A stretch of 64,000 nt of DNA, taken from assembly GCA_036172245.1 (NCBI GenBank), contig JAYWIR010000025.1, positions 1,984,001 through 2,048,000 on the forward strand. The letters are read 5' to 3'. Below are positions 12,685 through 26,001 of the stretch, piece by piece. The stretch's first letter is position 1, and every line of letters begins with the position of its first letter. The DNA is from Raillietiella orientalis (Eukaryota). A program made the translations under genes and the position numbers. Under the pieces are notes generated by a model that worked only from the letters and a program-made list of their open reading frames with translations, was not told the DNA's origin and searched no databases.

Positions 12685-13235
12685 CGGAAACCTTGTGGTT
12701 ACTGTCTCCGCCCGTGGCGCCAACCGAGCATCGCCAATACTCGGCAAGAATCGACGCCGAGATGAGGAGGCTGCGTCACGGGTTCGAGTTCCTCCCGCTG
12801 ATGACCTCTATTCAAGTGCGGCACTGATAGCGGTTCAAATCGGGTGCTCCCGATGAGTGACCGGAATTGGGAGTTGACCTCCGGATCCTTCCAGGAATGA
12901 AGGAGTGGGCGTTCACCTCCGATTGTGCAAAGAAGAGAACCCCTCCCCCCTGCCCTTCGGGGGGAACCCTCCGTGTCGTACTATTGAGTAGATGTGTCGC
13001 CAGTCCTCCAGAGAGTACAGAGAAGCGTGTCACTTCCATCGGGGAACCCCTTTCAGAGAGATATCGGGAAGCGTCCCTTCGAGGTTCTCTTCAGAGGAGA
13101 AGACAGGGAGTGGTTCCTTTGCGGGTTCTCCCCGGAGGAGAAATTCCTAATAAGCGGATCCTTTCCAGGTCCCCTTCGGAGAAGAAAAAATGGAGAGGAC
13201 CTTCAGGGGTCCCTCCGGAAAGAATAAAGAGGGCG
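12685..13235 (+). mobile_element. SINE-like element, copy B (more diverged head)
   Basis: ATCGACGCCGAGA, TGCGTCACGGGTTCGAGTTCC, CCGGAATTGGGAGTTGACC...CCTTCCAGGAATGAAGGAG and tandem hairpin tail shared with copy E. Confidence 0.7.
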
Positions 13236-13239
13236 GTTC

Positions 13240-13546
13240 GCCTTTGGAGTGGTACGAGATGGAGGGCTCGCTTTTGCCCGTCTGTCCAGACAGAGGGGAA
13301 CACCGAAGGGCTCCTTGATTCTTGGAAGGGTCCTCTCGGAAGATCAATTCCATTCCGGCCAGTCAGCGGGGCTTCCTGCTTCCACCAGGGTCGCACCCGA
13401 AGCCTACAGGCCAACCAGAGTCATCCTGCGGGGGGACGCGAAACTCAAGACGCACCCTCATTTCTCTGGCGTCGATCCTCCCCGTGGGGATTCGAACCCT
13501 CAACGTTTGGTGCCACGTGCGGAGACCGGAGCCACACTGCCGCCAA
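13240..13546 (-). mobile_element. SINE-like element, copy C (3' truncated)
   Basis: Minus strand GGCGGCAGTGTGGCT...GGTTCGAATCC (perfect B box) plus family core. Confidence 0.8.
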
Positions 13547-14149
13547 CGCGGGGATATCACAAATATTTAGTAATAATGTATATTACTATATCAATAAATA
13601 TATATATCAATATAAATAATGAACACAAATACTTGTTTTGCTTACTATTTTTCGAGATTTTGACCGACACCGAACAGCGCACCTCACCTAACCTAAAGAG
13701 GAACCCTCTATCGTAAGGGAAACAGCATCGGGACTACAGGGATCCTGAGATCCAAGAAACAGCGAAATGTTAAAGGCAGTACGGCTACCAACAAGAAGGA
13801 GGAGAGCATCAGGAAGGAAATGTTGTGCTCGAACGTGCACTATCTCTTGGATGTCTACCGGGAACATTTTAAAAAAGAGTTGAAAGGAAGTTGGAGATGG
13901 CGGGAGATGGCGGAAGGAGATGGCGGGAAGCAACTCTCCTCTTGTTTACATCCCTTCGAACTGTTGAGCGCATGGAAATTGAGTCGGGACTCAAGGTACT
14001 CATCCGCTCGGCTGCCAATATCTGCTGCGCAATGCCTGCAAGCCTTCTGGCCCTGCTCAGCACCACCTACGACCTACTCCTTTTCTTCGATTCCAATGCG
14101 AGAACACTGCGACTGACCGATGGCACTTGACTGCGGTTTTGAGGTGACC

Positions 14150-14750
14150 AATTAGCTTGCCAGCGGGTCGCAGAATCAGTGGGGGGAGGTCTCGGACAGC
14201 GGCGAGAGGTGAATGGCTGATCGGCACGCCGGTGAACCCGATCGGGAGCTTTCAGAGTCAGCCCCACGTGGATTGCTCCTGCGGCAAAGCGGACAAGTGC
14301 TGCGGGAAGAGCTCCGGGCTGGGAAACAAGGAATTCTCCACTCCTCCCGCCGGAAAGACAGAAATCGGCATCTCACTTCCATGCAAAAGTGACCGACCGA
14401 ACCGCATGAGTTCGCAGCGACTCGGAGACCAAATAAGACAGGAGAGGAGGCAGGAGAAACCGCCAGCCCCGAGGGAGTGAGTGGAAACTGGCTCTCGATC
14501 CCATGAAATCCGGTCACCCCCCATCCTCTGGTTCCCGGGAGAAGAAGGACGCGCGGCGCTTTTGGAAGATCGATTCCGACTCCGACACACGGCATTCCTC
14601 AAATCAGCGATGCTGCATCCGGGCTCCTGGTGCGCGGATGGGGCAACCGCGAGCAGCAGAATGGTCACTCGGATGAGGATTTGTGACCGCATGATCCGGC
14701 GCTCCCACGGAAGCATGATTCCGCAAGCACCTTTTCGGATGATGTCCAGG
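14150..14750 (-). mobile_element. Non-LTR retrotransposon remnant
   Basis: PRVLLLPGTRGWG (LYxPxxxGGLG thumb motif) followed by CPLCRR. Confidence 0.3.
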
Positions 14751-15150
14751 AACTAAAAGTCAGGGAGCGTTTCAGTCGGCAGCGCGATCGGCACTTTGCG
14801 AAAGCCGAGAGTAGAAAAGACAGGAGTGGACCTCCCAGACCGGCTTCATGCATTGACGAGTTTTGTTGAAGCGCGCGAGGGGAGAGGGGGGAGTGGATAG
14901 GGAATGTATAGTGCAGCATTCGGAGCAGTTTTGCGAGATATGTTTTCTCTACGAGCGCGGAACCTCGGCTGCTTTCGCTCTTGGTCGCAGGATTCTTGGA
15001 CATCGAAACTCCTGTGACGTAACAAGCCTCCCTTCGCGGAAAGCTTTTCGCTCTCCCCTTATGTGAGCGCACGGTTCCAGGGATAGACAGTTCGGGTAAG
15101 GAGGGAAATTTCCTGCACACACCCCAGAGATCGCTTCATAACAGGTTTAC

Positions 15151-15349
15151 CTAAGATCTTCCAGCTCATAGAACACACTCATCTGGTAATCGTAGATGTA
15201 AATCCTGACTTCCGGGTTATCAAAGTACTCCATGGTAAGCGTCTTTCTAAAGCTCTGGACGAACAGCGCTCTCAGGACCCTGAAAGAAGTGACCTCCTCC
15301 GGTAAGGCGGCTCGTTTGGTCTCGTCTTTATACTGCAAGAAGATGGTAC
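15151..15349 (-). CDS. Exon encoding N-terminal part of AIP3 domain (SRCIN1/KIAA1217/CG32809-like)
   Basis: Acceptor atttcag|, donor |gtaaac, phase 1 to 2. GTIFLQYKDETKRAALPEEVTSFRVLRALFVQSFRKTLTMEYFDNPEVRIYIYDYQMSVFYELEDLR is the hallmark FLQYxxETKR...ALFVxSF...FYELED motif. Confidence 0.92.
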
Positions 15350-17002
15350 CTGAAATGACCACAAAGAGAACGAAATGAAAGCACTGCGTGCCTCGGTCAT
15401 GAGTGGTTATAAGAACTCTGGCGTGCTTGCAAGAACAGGAAAAAAGAGCGACCGAAATCTCTGTTTACAAGACAGAACAGGTTTCGGCAGCCAAACTCGG
15501 GCTCACGACCACAGGAGGATCGTGAGGGACCACCGATTGCTGCTCAGCGGACCTCTGATGGTGAAACAACACTGAAACCGCGCGATGAATGTAACATCAG
15601 GGACCGGGCATCTTAATCTGGACACTCCTTCGAATGAGAGCATCAACCTCCTAGAAACACCTGATACACTCTGTGCGCAAGAGTTACATCGCACAAGAGT
15701 ACTTTCACGCATTCATCTTTGTTCGACGTGAAAACAGCAGGGAAGATCAGCTGTGTGGAAGAAGATTTTTGTTTAGAAAACCGGGCTGGAAAGGATGCAA
15801 CCAGCGGTCGTCGGCAACTGGAACTCCGGCTTCTTGAGCAAGAGGCGAAGGAATCACCTTGTCAGAGTGAGGACCAGAGTTTTCGGCTTCCTCTAGGCTG
15901 CCTTGCGTGTCCGATTAAGCAGAGGAAACCTCGCCCTCAATCGGGAAGATCAATCGGGCACTCGAAACCTTCCCCGTTTCCTCCACCTACGGCGCCCGCA
16001 CTGCGCCTGCGCTCGACTGCTGCTTTGTCGCAGGAAGCGGCGCCCACCTCAGCTCTTCCGCGCCTTGAGGTCGCCCGACTGCGCGCGTGAGCCTCCCACC
16101 ACCCCCTCCCGTGCTCGGCGCACGGCACGGGGGAGTGGGGTGGGCGGTCTTTCGGTTCCGCAAGGCACCTCGGCCCCGTCGCTCGCGACTCGGTGCGCAT
16201 GCTGGCAGCGCGCCGCGCTCGGTGACTCTCTCGGGCAGGCGGTCTGCGTAAAGCGCCGGTGTTGCGCTCGGACTGCGTGCCGACCACTGAGCGGCCTCGG
16301 CGGCAACTTGGGGGACCTCGTGCCGGGAGCGCGTGCGCCTCCAAGAGAGGCGGGAAGGAGTCAGCTAGCTGTTCGTTGGCGGCCGCTGACGACTCCCCGA
16401 GCTGGCCTTTCTCACGGAGCCCTTCTTATCAGCATCCCCTGAAGCATGGGAGCATTCATCCACAGTTATCGTGGGTGTAGGGGGAAGCAGAAAAAGACAT
16501 CAAAGGGCTTCTCGGAAAGTAGGACTGCGCCGGTGCTTCTCCTGGAAAGGCAGGCGCTCTGAAGATTCGACGGAGACCTCAAGAGCCCGAGTTCAAACAC
16601 CATGTAACGTGCAATCTCAGAAATGCATGGGTGCCGACCCCACGCTTCTGCGTGACCGGGAAAATGACCGGAAGGCAGCTCAGGAAAAAAAGGAAGGCCG
16701 GCCAACCGCACTGGAAGAGGTCAGTCGACCGCTTTCAAAACGCGGAAAAAAAAAAAAAAAAAAATCTGCATCCTCTTGGAGGAAGCCAAGTGTGATCTTT
16801 ACATGGAAGTGGTGTACCAGAAGGGGAGTGGGTGATTTCTCACGCTCCCGCCAATGTCTGGACTCTGACGCGTCTGAGGCGGAGATGGGAGCACAAGAGC
16901 GGCTCGCGAGTGCGGCTATCGAGGCGCGACGGCAGTCGGCGTGGGAGGGAGACTGGCAAACCGGTAGCCATGGCGAGTAGCTCAAAGAATGTCAGATGTT
17001 AC

Positions 17003-17150
17003 CCAAAGAGAATTCCAACATCTCGGAATGGGGTTTGAAGGAAGGGAAGGAGTTCCTCTGCCTCGTACTGTCCCTGAATATCAGGGATGGGATTCCTGCT
17101 TCTGATATGTCCAGGCTTTCGTCTGATATGGTGGAGAGGGTCGTCCTTCT
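17003..17150 (-). CDS. Exon of AIP3-domain (SRCIN1/KIAA1217/CG32809-like) gene
   Basis: Acceptor ttccag|, donor |gtaaca, phase 0 to 1. Encodes RRTTLSTISDESLDISEAGIPSLIFRDSTRQRNSFPSFKPHSEMLEFSLG, resembling the family segment (DDPGIMSEVET...KQRSSLP...LERPLG, from memory) that precedes the AIP3 domain. Confidence 0.75.
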
Positions 17151-17404
17151 CTGGAACAGAATGCAGTCGTTTTCCTGCGAACGGAAACGGCAAACGTGCT
17201 GCTTTCCAGGTCCCATGAGAGAAACCAACGACGGCAATCAGAAACGAAAGCGACGAGTGGTAGATGGTGTTCCCTCTGAATCTGATTCGCCGCAGACAAG
17301 GATGTCCTATTTCTTGAGAAGAAATAGGACGCCCTTGTGTACACGATGTGGGCCTGTACAAGAAGGCGCATATCGTGCGGTACACGTGCCGCACCTTACA
17401 TTAT

Positions 17405-19000
17405 TAGCGTACTGACACGAGCGACAGCGGCAGATGATGGCAGGCATCATTGACTGCAATCATCTGGAAGGATAAAGAGTGACCGGCTCGATGCAGGACA
17501 TTCATTCTTCGAAGGCTGCGTGATTCCCTTTGGATAAAAAGCATAGAAAATCATCCTGTTCTTAGAATCCCGCTCACTAGAGAGTGAACATTTTCAGAAA
17601 GCGACATGGAGAGCCTGCTAATGCATGCTGCATCTCCAGCCAGTTTCTACCCATTCACTTTCGTGTCTTCCGAGGCATCTTAGAATCTTTTCCGAAAGAG
17701 TAGCGCGCGCTGATCGCTCTCCAAGGCAGTTTCGTTATGGGGAAAAAAACTGTTTCATGGCAATTTTCTCGTTCGCCGCAGAATATTGGATTGGGCTTAA
17801 GACCGAAATTTCGCCATTGAAAACAGCACAAACGTGCCTCCTCCGTCTTTAGAATGTCTATCGGTGTTGGGGGAATGGAGAATGTCTGTTTGAAGGCGTT
17901 CGGTCTCGCGAGCAAGAGCTGGCTGGAGCATTTGAAGCAACTCAGCAATGAGTTGACACAAACCGTACCTGCTTGACGAGGTCTTCTGGCTGCAGTTCAT
18001 ATAGGGACGACGACGCTGCAGGTGCGACACGAGTGCTTTCGAATTGATGGATCGTGTCCGAAGAACCGCAGGGGAATTCTGAAATCGAAAAAATAGGTAC
18101 GGCAAAAACGCTCCCGTATTACACGAAGATGCGTTCCGCGTTATACGAGCCCTGTGGGTTATGCATTGATAACGTGATAGCATTTATAAGATAGAAACAT
18201 TACCTTAAAGATTACAACCGTTAAGCATTAATTTTTTCACTCGGAAGGAAAAAGGCAAATAGAAAGCGCTTGTTTATTTTTCAATTTGAAATAGAGCTGA
18301 GAGTTTTGTTGATATTTAATGAACTGAAGCAATTCTGTAGGTTCAGCTCTATTCTTCTCGTTGTATCTTCTTCCTGCGTTATTTTATTCACGGAAATCCG
18401 AATAGAATGGAATTCAATCTGCTTAAAGCATTTTTTGGAACACAGCCCGAAATGACACTTTGCCACCAAATTGAAATCTGATTGCAGCGCTGTTGTGGAC
18501 AGACCACACGGGACCGTCGGCATCTTTCCGTCGCGTTATACGAATCCACTGTACACAGAGGTCTACTTTAGTAGTAGATGATGCGTAGATCAGAGAACAC
18601 CCCCACAAATCCTGGCTTTTCGATTTTTCACCTGTGACGCAGGTAAAAAGTTGAAATTTCAGCTTGTCAGATCTGACAGAGCCAGGATGCGTCACCGTCT
18701 GACCTCCCCAGTATCCACTTTTGAACAAGTAAGGCTTCCAGCAGATCTCTTCGAACAATTCGACCCCGTCCGCGACGAAGCACGGAACCAAGAAGAGATG
18801 AGGTTTGCTGCATGTTTGTCTTCTTGTTTCTTTTTTTCCATCCACTTCCCTCGCACTTCCCTTGGCAAGGATGCACTTCCCTTGACCGGAGGGTAAGGAA
18901 GGCAGTAGCCTTCCTTGCCCTCCGATCATCTCAGACTCATCCATCTCGAAAGATGTAGCAGCACAGCACGCTCGCGGAAGCGGCACCACCACCCCAATGG
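17405..19000 (-). pseudogene. Decayed hAT transposase
   Basis: Collinear degenerate motifs across frames: DG* (DGW), VPCGLSTTALQ (CxAHxLQL), TRSINS (TRWNS), LIAELLQMLQPALARETERLQTD, and C-terminal LPSSAAVARVS (PxSSAxxERxFS). Confidence 0.65.
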
Positions 19001-19159
19001 GCACGAAAACACTCACTGGATCCACGGTCCGGGCAACGTTCAGAGCGATGAACTGTTAGTCCAGTCCTCTGGGAATCCCGTGAATTTGACCGATTAGACC
19101 CACGCCACCAACACTCGTGTTTTATTTTTAGTCACTTCTGTGCTTTATGACTGGGAAAC

Positions 19160-19178
19160 GTGTGTGTGTGTGTGTGTG
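19160..19178. repeat. (GT)n microsatellite
   Basis: Read directly. Confidence 0.9.
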
Positions 19179-19899
19179 AGTTTTCACGGGTGCGCTTCAT
19201 CCCTCATTTCTTGCGGAAAAATTGACGCCAGGCTCGCAGTCAGCAGTTGCTTTCTTCCAGATCGACGTGAAAGACGTGCAACATTAAGCCCAATGAAAGA
19301 TTCAGTGGATGTAAAGCAGCGAGGCAGGGTCATTTCTTCGACTTTAAGAGTGGCATCCTGAGACTTCTTTCGCATGTTCGCTCGCGTGTTCCGAATTCCA
19401 TTCCAAAGCATTCCGCACCGTCGAGGAGACGTCAACCCGGCTCCAGCTGCCTTGCGCCTCCCAGTTTCCCGACTCCGGTTTTGAGAGCACCGCGATCAGT
19501 GTCGATTCCTGATAGCGATGAAGTGACCAAGGACGATTCCTTTTTGCATGCCAAGGACACATTTGAGATGAGCAATAAGATAGAGAGAATTTGACCGAGC
19601 TCTTTTCGCTTTTCCTGCACTAAAAGTAATTCCTTACTTGCTGCTTTCCCGGTCCAAGGATTTCACCAAAAATTTCATTTGAACTCCATTGAGAGTTCAA
19701 AAGATGCCAACTCTTAAGCGCGGTGCATTTGAATTTTTGCAACTGCCAACGGTGTAAAACGTAACTTGGAAAAAAAAGATCAGCGGTGTACAGAACATAG
19801 CAAACCTCATTTGCCGTGGAAAGGATACAGAGGGGAACTTTTCGATGAGAAGCACTGGGGAAAGGCGAAAGATTGGTCCTCGAACTCGCTTTTGGCCGG

Positions 19900-20300
19900 C
19901 GCACATGCCCAAGGCCCCACTTTCAGCGAGAATGCATCTCATTGGGATGCTTGTCGACGCTAACATGGGTCCATGCCTACCCACCCACCATGAGACACTT
20001 AGAGGGTCACTCATGACTTTTGATTAGTGTGAATTATCTCCCTTCTGTCTGAACAAAGGGACACGAGGTAGATCCATTTTTCCTATCAAAATCATTTCCG
20101 CCCTGCAGATCACCTCCCGAGTATCTCCTTGCCTCAAGGGGAAGGAAAAAATCCAAGGTGATTTCTCCCTAAAGCTTTGAAATGTCCTGAATGTTTCCAG
20201 CAGTACGAAAACAGAGAATGTTTCCACGTATCCTTGCATTGCGGTCCTCCCGTGAAACGAGCCCCAATAGGCAGTCCAAGCAAAATGCAAAGGAGGTTGA
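19900..20300 (-). pseudogene. Tc1/mariner-like transposase remnant
   Basis: AYWGSFHG, FRQKGDNSH (FQQDNxxxH) and WTHVSVDKHPNE (WPxxSPDLNPIE) in order. Confidence 0.45.
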
Positions 20301-20599
20301 GAAGCAGATTATGAAATGGAGATCTGGAATCTATTTATGGAACTCACGCATGTTTAAGGATTCACCATTGCAAGAAGCGTCCCATTTAGCAAGGCGGGGT
20401 GCTGGTTGACGAAGCAGGCAAGCGAAAACGTGAGGACAGGAATCAAGTCATCAATCACCACTTTAACACATTTGGTGCTTGGGGAATCCATCTCGCTGAG
20501 TAGTGTCTAAGAATATCAACATTCGCAGTTCTCGAATGATGGATTCCAATTGCCAGTAGAATTGAGAACCTTCCAGAAAGATGAGCTTCTAGTTACGCT

Positions 20600-21420
20600 G
20601 TGGGAAATCCATCAGCCGCTGTTGTTTTTCCCGATAGAGAACACTGGATTTGAAGATGGCGACCCGGCATGGCTCGTTGGAAGAAGGCAAAAAAAAAAAA
20701 AAAACGAAAAACAAATCAAACGCAGTCAATCACTTCAGCTGATGCAGTAAATGCGGTGCTTCATGAGGGGGCAGAGACTTATCTTGGAAGTACTTCTTTT
20801 CCAGAAATAAAACCTCAGAGTTCCGTGAGGACATCCCATGGTTTCCGATAAACCTGTGTCAAATTGGACTTCCTTGTTCGACATCAAGTGATGCTGTAGC
20901 AATAGTATCGTGAGCTCGCGCGGCATTTCTTAGAATCATTCGATCCTGTCCTGCAGCCTGAGGACCACAAGGCGGGTGACTTTACAATACGTGACTTTCA
21001 AAACTTGGCAGCATAATGGGATCGAGCAGATCAAGAATCCAGCTGGTCACCAAACAGAAACCGGTTTCGAAAGCCAGCGGCGGAAGCTTTTCAGAGCGAA
21101 GATTTGGCAGATTTGATATGGCAGGCTTTGGTAGCACGCAGATGAATCTCTGTTTGCCGCAGTTCAATCCATGTGGGCGAAAGGATCATGGCATGTCTGA
21201 GGCTTCCCGCCAGACGACAGGTGGTAGTCTTGAAATGAAGCATCAGACGAACAAGTTCTGAATACTTCCAGTGAAGACTTGTTACTAAGATACACACGAG
21301 TTGCCGAGCACGAAAGCGCATTGGGTGTGTGCGTCAGCTGCAACTGTGCTCGTCGGCTGCAACTGCGGATCTGCCGCATGATATCGCCATGGGGATGATA
21401 GAGCGAAATCTGATGATAAC
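20600..21420 (-). pseudogene. Possible second hAT transposase remnant
   Basis: RSCSRRAQLQL, LLDP and FYFWK motifs in the expected order; many stops. Confidence 0.3.
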
Positions 21421-22739
21421 AGATCCTTAATATACCTAGTAGTCCAAGGATCGTTCCGAGGATGGACGTTTGTGGGGCTGTTGCTTTTGATCTTTGGGAG
21501 ACGGAGAGCAGGGCAGACGGCAGGGATTTGAGGGACAGGGTAGAAGCTAGCGAATCCTCATGAATCCATGGGTGGGTTGGGCTGGAAGATCGTCTTAGGA
21601 GACCTTCTGATCACCCAACCAGAGCGTCTGGGATTTCGGATGAGCCTCCGAAATCATCCGTTTCCATGTGACACGCAAGCGGATACTCTACAGCGCTCGA
21701 GACAATCCGAAAAGTCTAAGACACCTGGCCCCAGGACGAAAATCTCACACAGACGAAAGACATCCGGAATCTCTCAGAGGGAATCCTCAGAGTCCCTTAT
21801 AACGATGGAAGACTATCGTCTTAATGCATACCGATACGTAGAGAGGCGGGCAGTTGAGGCCCGCGTATGCACACATATGTGAGGATTCGTCCCTCCAACC
21901 TACCAGCAGCCACCCTAACTCAGCAGCTTAAGTGTTCGCACAGAACACTGGCTTTCTCGGAGAGAGCATCCTACATATCGATAGTTCCCCTAAGGATGGG
22001 ATTTCCCGGGGACTCGCAGTGTCAACGCGTTCTGCTTCCTGAAGAGGGAAAGGGGACCTCCAAAAGCAGAAATTTTGGATGGAGCTCCGCAATGAGTGAC
22101 CTTTCGAATCCTTCTTCACCGGTTCTTCTTTCCGCTCTCGAAGGAGAGTCGTCGGAGCTCGCTCTTTGGCAGAGGCTGATGAGCAGGGTCAGAGCTCTCA
22201 GAGCGACGAGGGGGGAGGGGAGGGGAGTACGGAAGAGAAGATGGTTTTCCGAAGAGATTCCCGGCATTTTCCTCCGGGCGCAGCCGCCCAAGCCACCCGT
22301 CGAACGCGCTCCCACTTAGCAGCCAACCCACGAGACGATCCTCGCGCTTTTGCTTTTTGACAGCAGGGAAAGAGGGGGGGAGGGCTAGGGAGACAAAGAT
22401 CCGGGTCATGAAGCGTTCTGAGAGGTCAAGACTTTGGCAGCAGAGCTGAGGAACCGATCTGCTCATGAGACAGTCCTAGTGGATGCACATCAATGAGCAG
22501 TCAAACTGCGGAAGAACCGCGCAAGCAGCCTAGCAACGACATCTGGAGGGCACAGATAAAAAACTCCTCCTGCGAAGAAATCAGAGCGAGCAGCGCCGCG
22601 TGCGCGGAGCGGAGAATGGCAGACTCCCGGTCACCAATTGCTTTGCACCTCTCTGTTAGGGATGGTCACCCCCAGTAGATTACCCTAACTCACTCGCAAG
22701 GAAAACGCAACGAAGCAGCGCGAGCTCGAAAGCCAATCA

Positions 22740-23440
22740 GACGGCTCCTTGGGACAAGCCCAAACATGCCCAAAGGCCATTTCCCGTTTTTCTGTATGTC
22801 TGACAAGCAGGGCTCTGCTCCCTGATTTTTTCCCGCTCAGTATTCCTCGCGCGTCTGGTGCACGAGAGGCTCCGCCGCTGCTGCATCTGTTTCTTATCCA
22901 GGCATCCCGCTCGGTAGCCGAGACCTCCGTCAGGAAAACTCCGAAGAGGATGCGCTCCCGACTGGCAGGAACGCAGCACAGCGTCCTGCCATCCCCGCCC
23001 CTGAGGTACATCAGACATGCCGCGGGACTCTTAACTGCAAGCGTCCTGTTCCTCCTGCCCTTCGCATCATAGTCCGTTTGTGTCGATGGCTGTGTTCCTT
23101 CTCATGGCTAATGGCCGGCTCCCACCGGTGATAACGTTTTCAACAAAGGGCACCATTCCGATCCTTCCTGCAGCTTTGCTGCGGCTCGATCCTGATATAG
23201 ATCTCCGCGGAGCTCCAGGCACAGAGACTTTTGAGATTTCACCGTCGATCGTGAAACCAGCCACGACCTCAGTTGCCGCTGCTCCTCGTGTGGCTTACCA
23301 TCTACCCTTCCGTGCCCATATGCTTCCCGATCTCCTGAAGTCTCTATTCACAGTCGATCGGCAGAGAATGGGAGAAGAAAGGAGGTTTCCATCTTGCTCG
23401 CTTCAGCTGCGAGGTCCGAACCGTTGGCGGAACTGCTGGC
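22740..23440 (-). pseudogene. Possible Tc1/mariner-like transposase remnant
   Basis: QQFRQRFG HTH-like segment, MQQ..., and QSPAC...GLWACL (SPDL...LWxxL). Confidence 0.3.
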
Positions 23441-24224
23441 GGCCCTTCCTTCCGCCTCCGAGTGCACCCGCCCGCCATCGAGGCTCGAACTTGCTGCCGC
23501 TTCTGGAAGGCGGCGTGGCAGCAGAGCTCCGAACGTGCTGATCTATCACAGGCCATCCCATTTCATCGATCCTCTTTTCTTGTCCAATGGTCCTGATGGC
23601 ATCATCTAAGAACTCAGTCTTGACCCACAAGCTTTCCCGAGGAACTGCAGAAGGCGCACAAGACGGACACTGGGACTGACCTTGACTTGCCAAGTTTTTA
23701 CCCGACACTCGGAACCGGAGACGGACGCCTAGGGCTTTGCTACGCATAAAAGCGCGGAAGTCCTGACACAGCAAAGTTCGCTTTGTGCCCGGTTCCGACT
23801 ACTGGAAGATCTTGTTTAAGGTAGGTTGGGTTACAAGGTGGGTTAGGCAGTTTCACGCAGTCATCCTGCTGCAGTTTTGGATGCTGGATACCATGCCCCG
23901 CTTACGAAAGAGAGCGAAGGACGCCAACAGAACGAACCACACTATGAACGCCGAAGCACCGGAGTGAGATGAAGATGAGGATTCTCAGCCATGTCCACCC
24001 TGCCTTTGGCATTCAAAATCCCGAACGATCACACAAGTAAATACATATGTTTAGTATACACATACAGAGACTTTTCGGATAGCCCGAAAGCAAAGGGTTG
24101 AGTTCCGTCAAAAAGATGGAGGTTCACGGGAGTTTTTGATTGGTTGAACGAAACAACAGGCACTGAGATTAACAGGGAATGTGGGAACCGGGCATTCTTC
24201 CCTTCCGGATGCTATTTCGGTTCC

Positions 24225-24760
24225 CTATTTGGCACCTACTTTGCAAGCCCGCGTTGCGGGTTCGAATCCCACCCCAAGGAAGGATCGACTCCGAGAAATG
24301 GGGGTGCATCGTGGGTTTCGAGTCTCCCCGCTAGATAACGCTGGTTGGCCTTTTTGATGGACGCTGGCAGAAACTGGAAACCGAGTGCCCCAGTTGACTG
24401 GCCGCCGGGATTGGAAGTTGACCCTCTGCGGTCCTTCCAGGAATTGAGGAGCTCTTAGGAATTGTTCTTCTCCGGTTGGGCAAATGGAGCCATTCCCCTT
24501 CCTCCTTCCCCCTCCCTTGGAAGAGAACTCCATTTCGTACTACGGAGCTGGTGGACTGACACCTCTCCAGAGCGTGAAGAAGCGCGCTGCTACTCCCTCC
24601 AGAAAAAAGGCAGAGATGTCCCTTCGGGGTTTTCTCTTCAGGGGAGGAGGGGTAACGAGGAGCGGATCGTTTCTAGGGGGTCCCTCCTGAGAATAAAAGA
24701 GGTGCGGCCCCCACAAACCGGACGGACCTTCTGGAGAGATGAAAGAGAGGTTCCCTCCGG
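24225..24760 (+). mobile_element. SINE-like element, copy D
   Basis: GGGTTCGAATCCC B box, AGGATCGACTCCGAGAAATGGGGGTGC, family core and hairpin tail. Confidence 0.8.
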
Positions 24761-25669
24761 GCTCCCTCCCGATCGCGAGAGGAAGGGCGGCTGGAGGGAG
24801 GTGGCGGCTCCGGTGAGGTCAGGCAGAGGAGGAATCTCGGCGTCGCTAAACGGCAGCGAGAGTTGGGCTCGAGGTTGCCACAAAGAGTCCGCAATCGTTT
24901 GTGGGATCTTCCTCTTCGTATTTTGCCTTCCTGTTTCCTGTGTGTCCTCCGCGACAGCCTCGAAGCGCGCTCCTCCAACAGATAGAAGCCATGATGTCAA
25001 CCAGAGAGAAAGAGTCGGTGGAAATTCATCATGTCATCAAAAGCAACCGCTGGTGAGTGAAAATGCCTGGTAAGCAGAATCACTTCTCCCACAGAAGGAT
25101 CACTAGGGAACAGAAAAAAAAATGGAAGAGGAAAAAAAAATCCCGTTATTCTCGCCCTATGTCCTATAGGGAAAGGGAGGAACCGTAGGAAGCCAAGAAA
25201 TCGCGTGATCTGCTCGCTCCAGCATATCCTGATAGGTTGGAGGGGGGGGAGGGAACTGCCTCCTCCTGGTTCCGCTCAAAGTCTTCGCTCAGCTTGCGTT
25301 CGCGGGCATCCCATCCACTCTGCGTGGGGGTGTGCGCTGGTGTTCCACCTCTCGAGCTACCGCGGTCGCCAAGCTAATGAACGTACGTGGACCGCGATGC
25401 TTAGCCTCAGAAAGGAAAACCATTCTTCACGGAATTCGAGTTTGGACGCCCGCCGGCGTTCCAGTCACTGCGACACTGTGCACCTTCTCTGTGTTTTATG
25501 CGTGATGCTGTGATGGGGTTCTGTTCGAAATCCCGAACGTTTATTTTTTGCCATCTTTATTGCATGCATTAATAACATATGAATACTGATTAATAATTAT
25601 GCTAATGATAGTTTTTTTCAATAAATATGTGTGTGAAAAATCCGCGTAGAGTGCACATCAATATACATA

Positions 25670-26001
25670 CAGTTGTACCTCGGTACTCGTTGGTAATTCG
25701 TTCTCGAACTCGTGACGAGTTCCGAAATAGACGAGTACCGAACGGAGCTCCTTTCTAGGCTTCGTGGTAACATTTTCAACCATTTCAAGACTCATGATTA
25801 ACGCTTAAAATACACAGAAAGCACAAAAAAAGAAACGCTTCGGGAGGCACTCTATGAAAGTGTTCGACACTGTTCCCGAGCTACCAAGAGACGAAAGCGC
25901 TCACTTGTCTCATCATGAGTAGGGTGTCGAATTCCGAGCATACACCGAGTGTTGGAACATTCTTTTCTCGTCAAAATGTAACGAGTACCGAGGTACCTCT
26001 G
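25670..26001. mobile_element. pogo/Tigger-type MITE (332 bp)
   Basis: 22-bp TIRs CAGTTGTACCTCGGTACTCGTT / CAGAGGTACCTCGGTACTCGTT (20/22 match), TA on both flanks, no ORF. Confidence 0.85.

Noticed and set aside
13485..13546. tRNA gene (GGTTCGAATCC T-loop), likewise in the other SINE heads
   Set aside because: No complete cloverleaf or T-run terminator; it is the head of a dispersed ~600-bp repeat.
25359..25400. Hammerhead- or twister-like CGCGGTC...CTAATGA...GGACCGCG
   Set aside because: Both catalytic core boxes deviate and stem I is absent; only a simple hairpin is supported.
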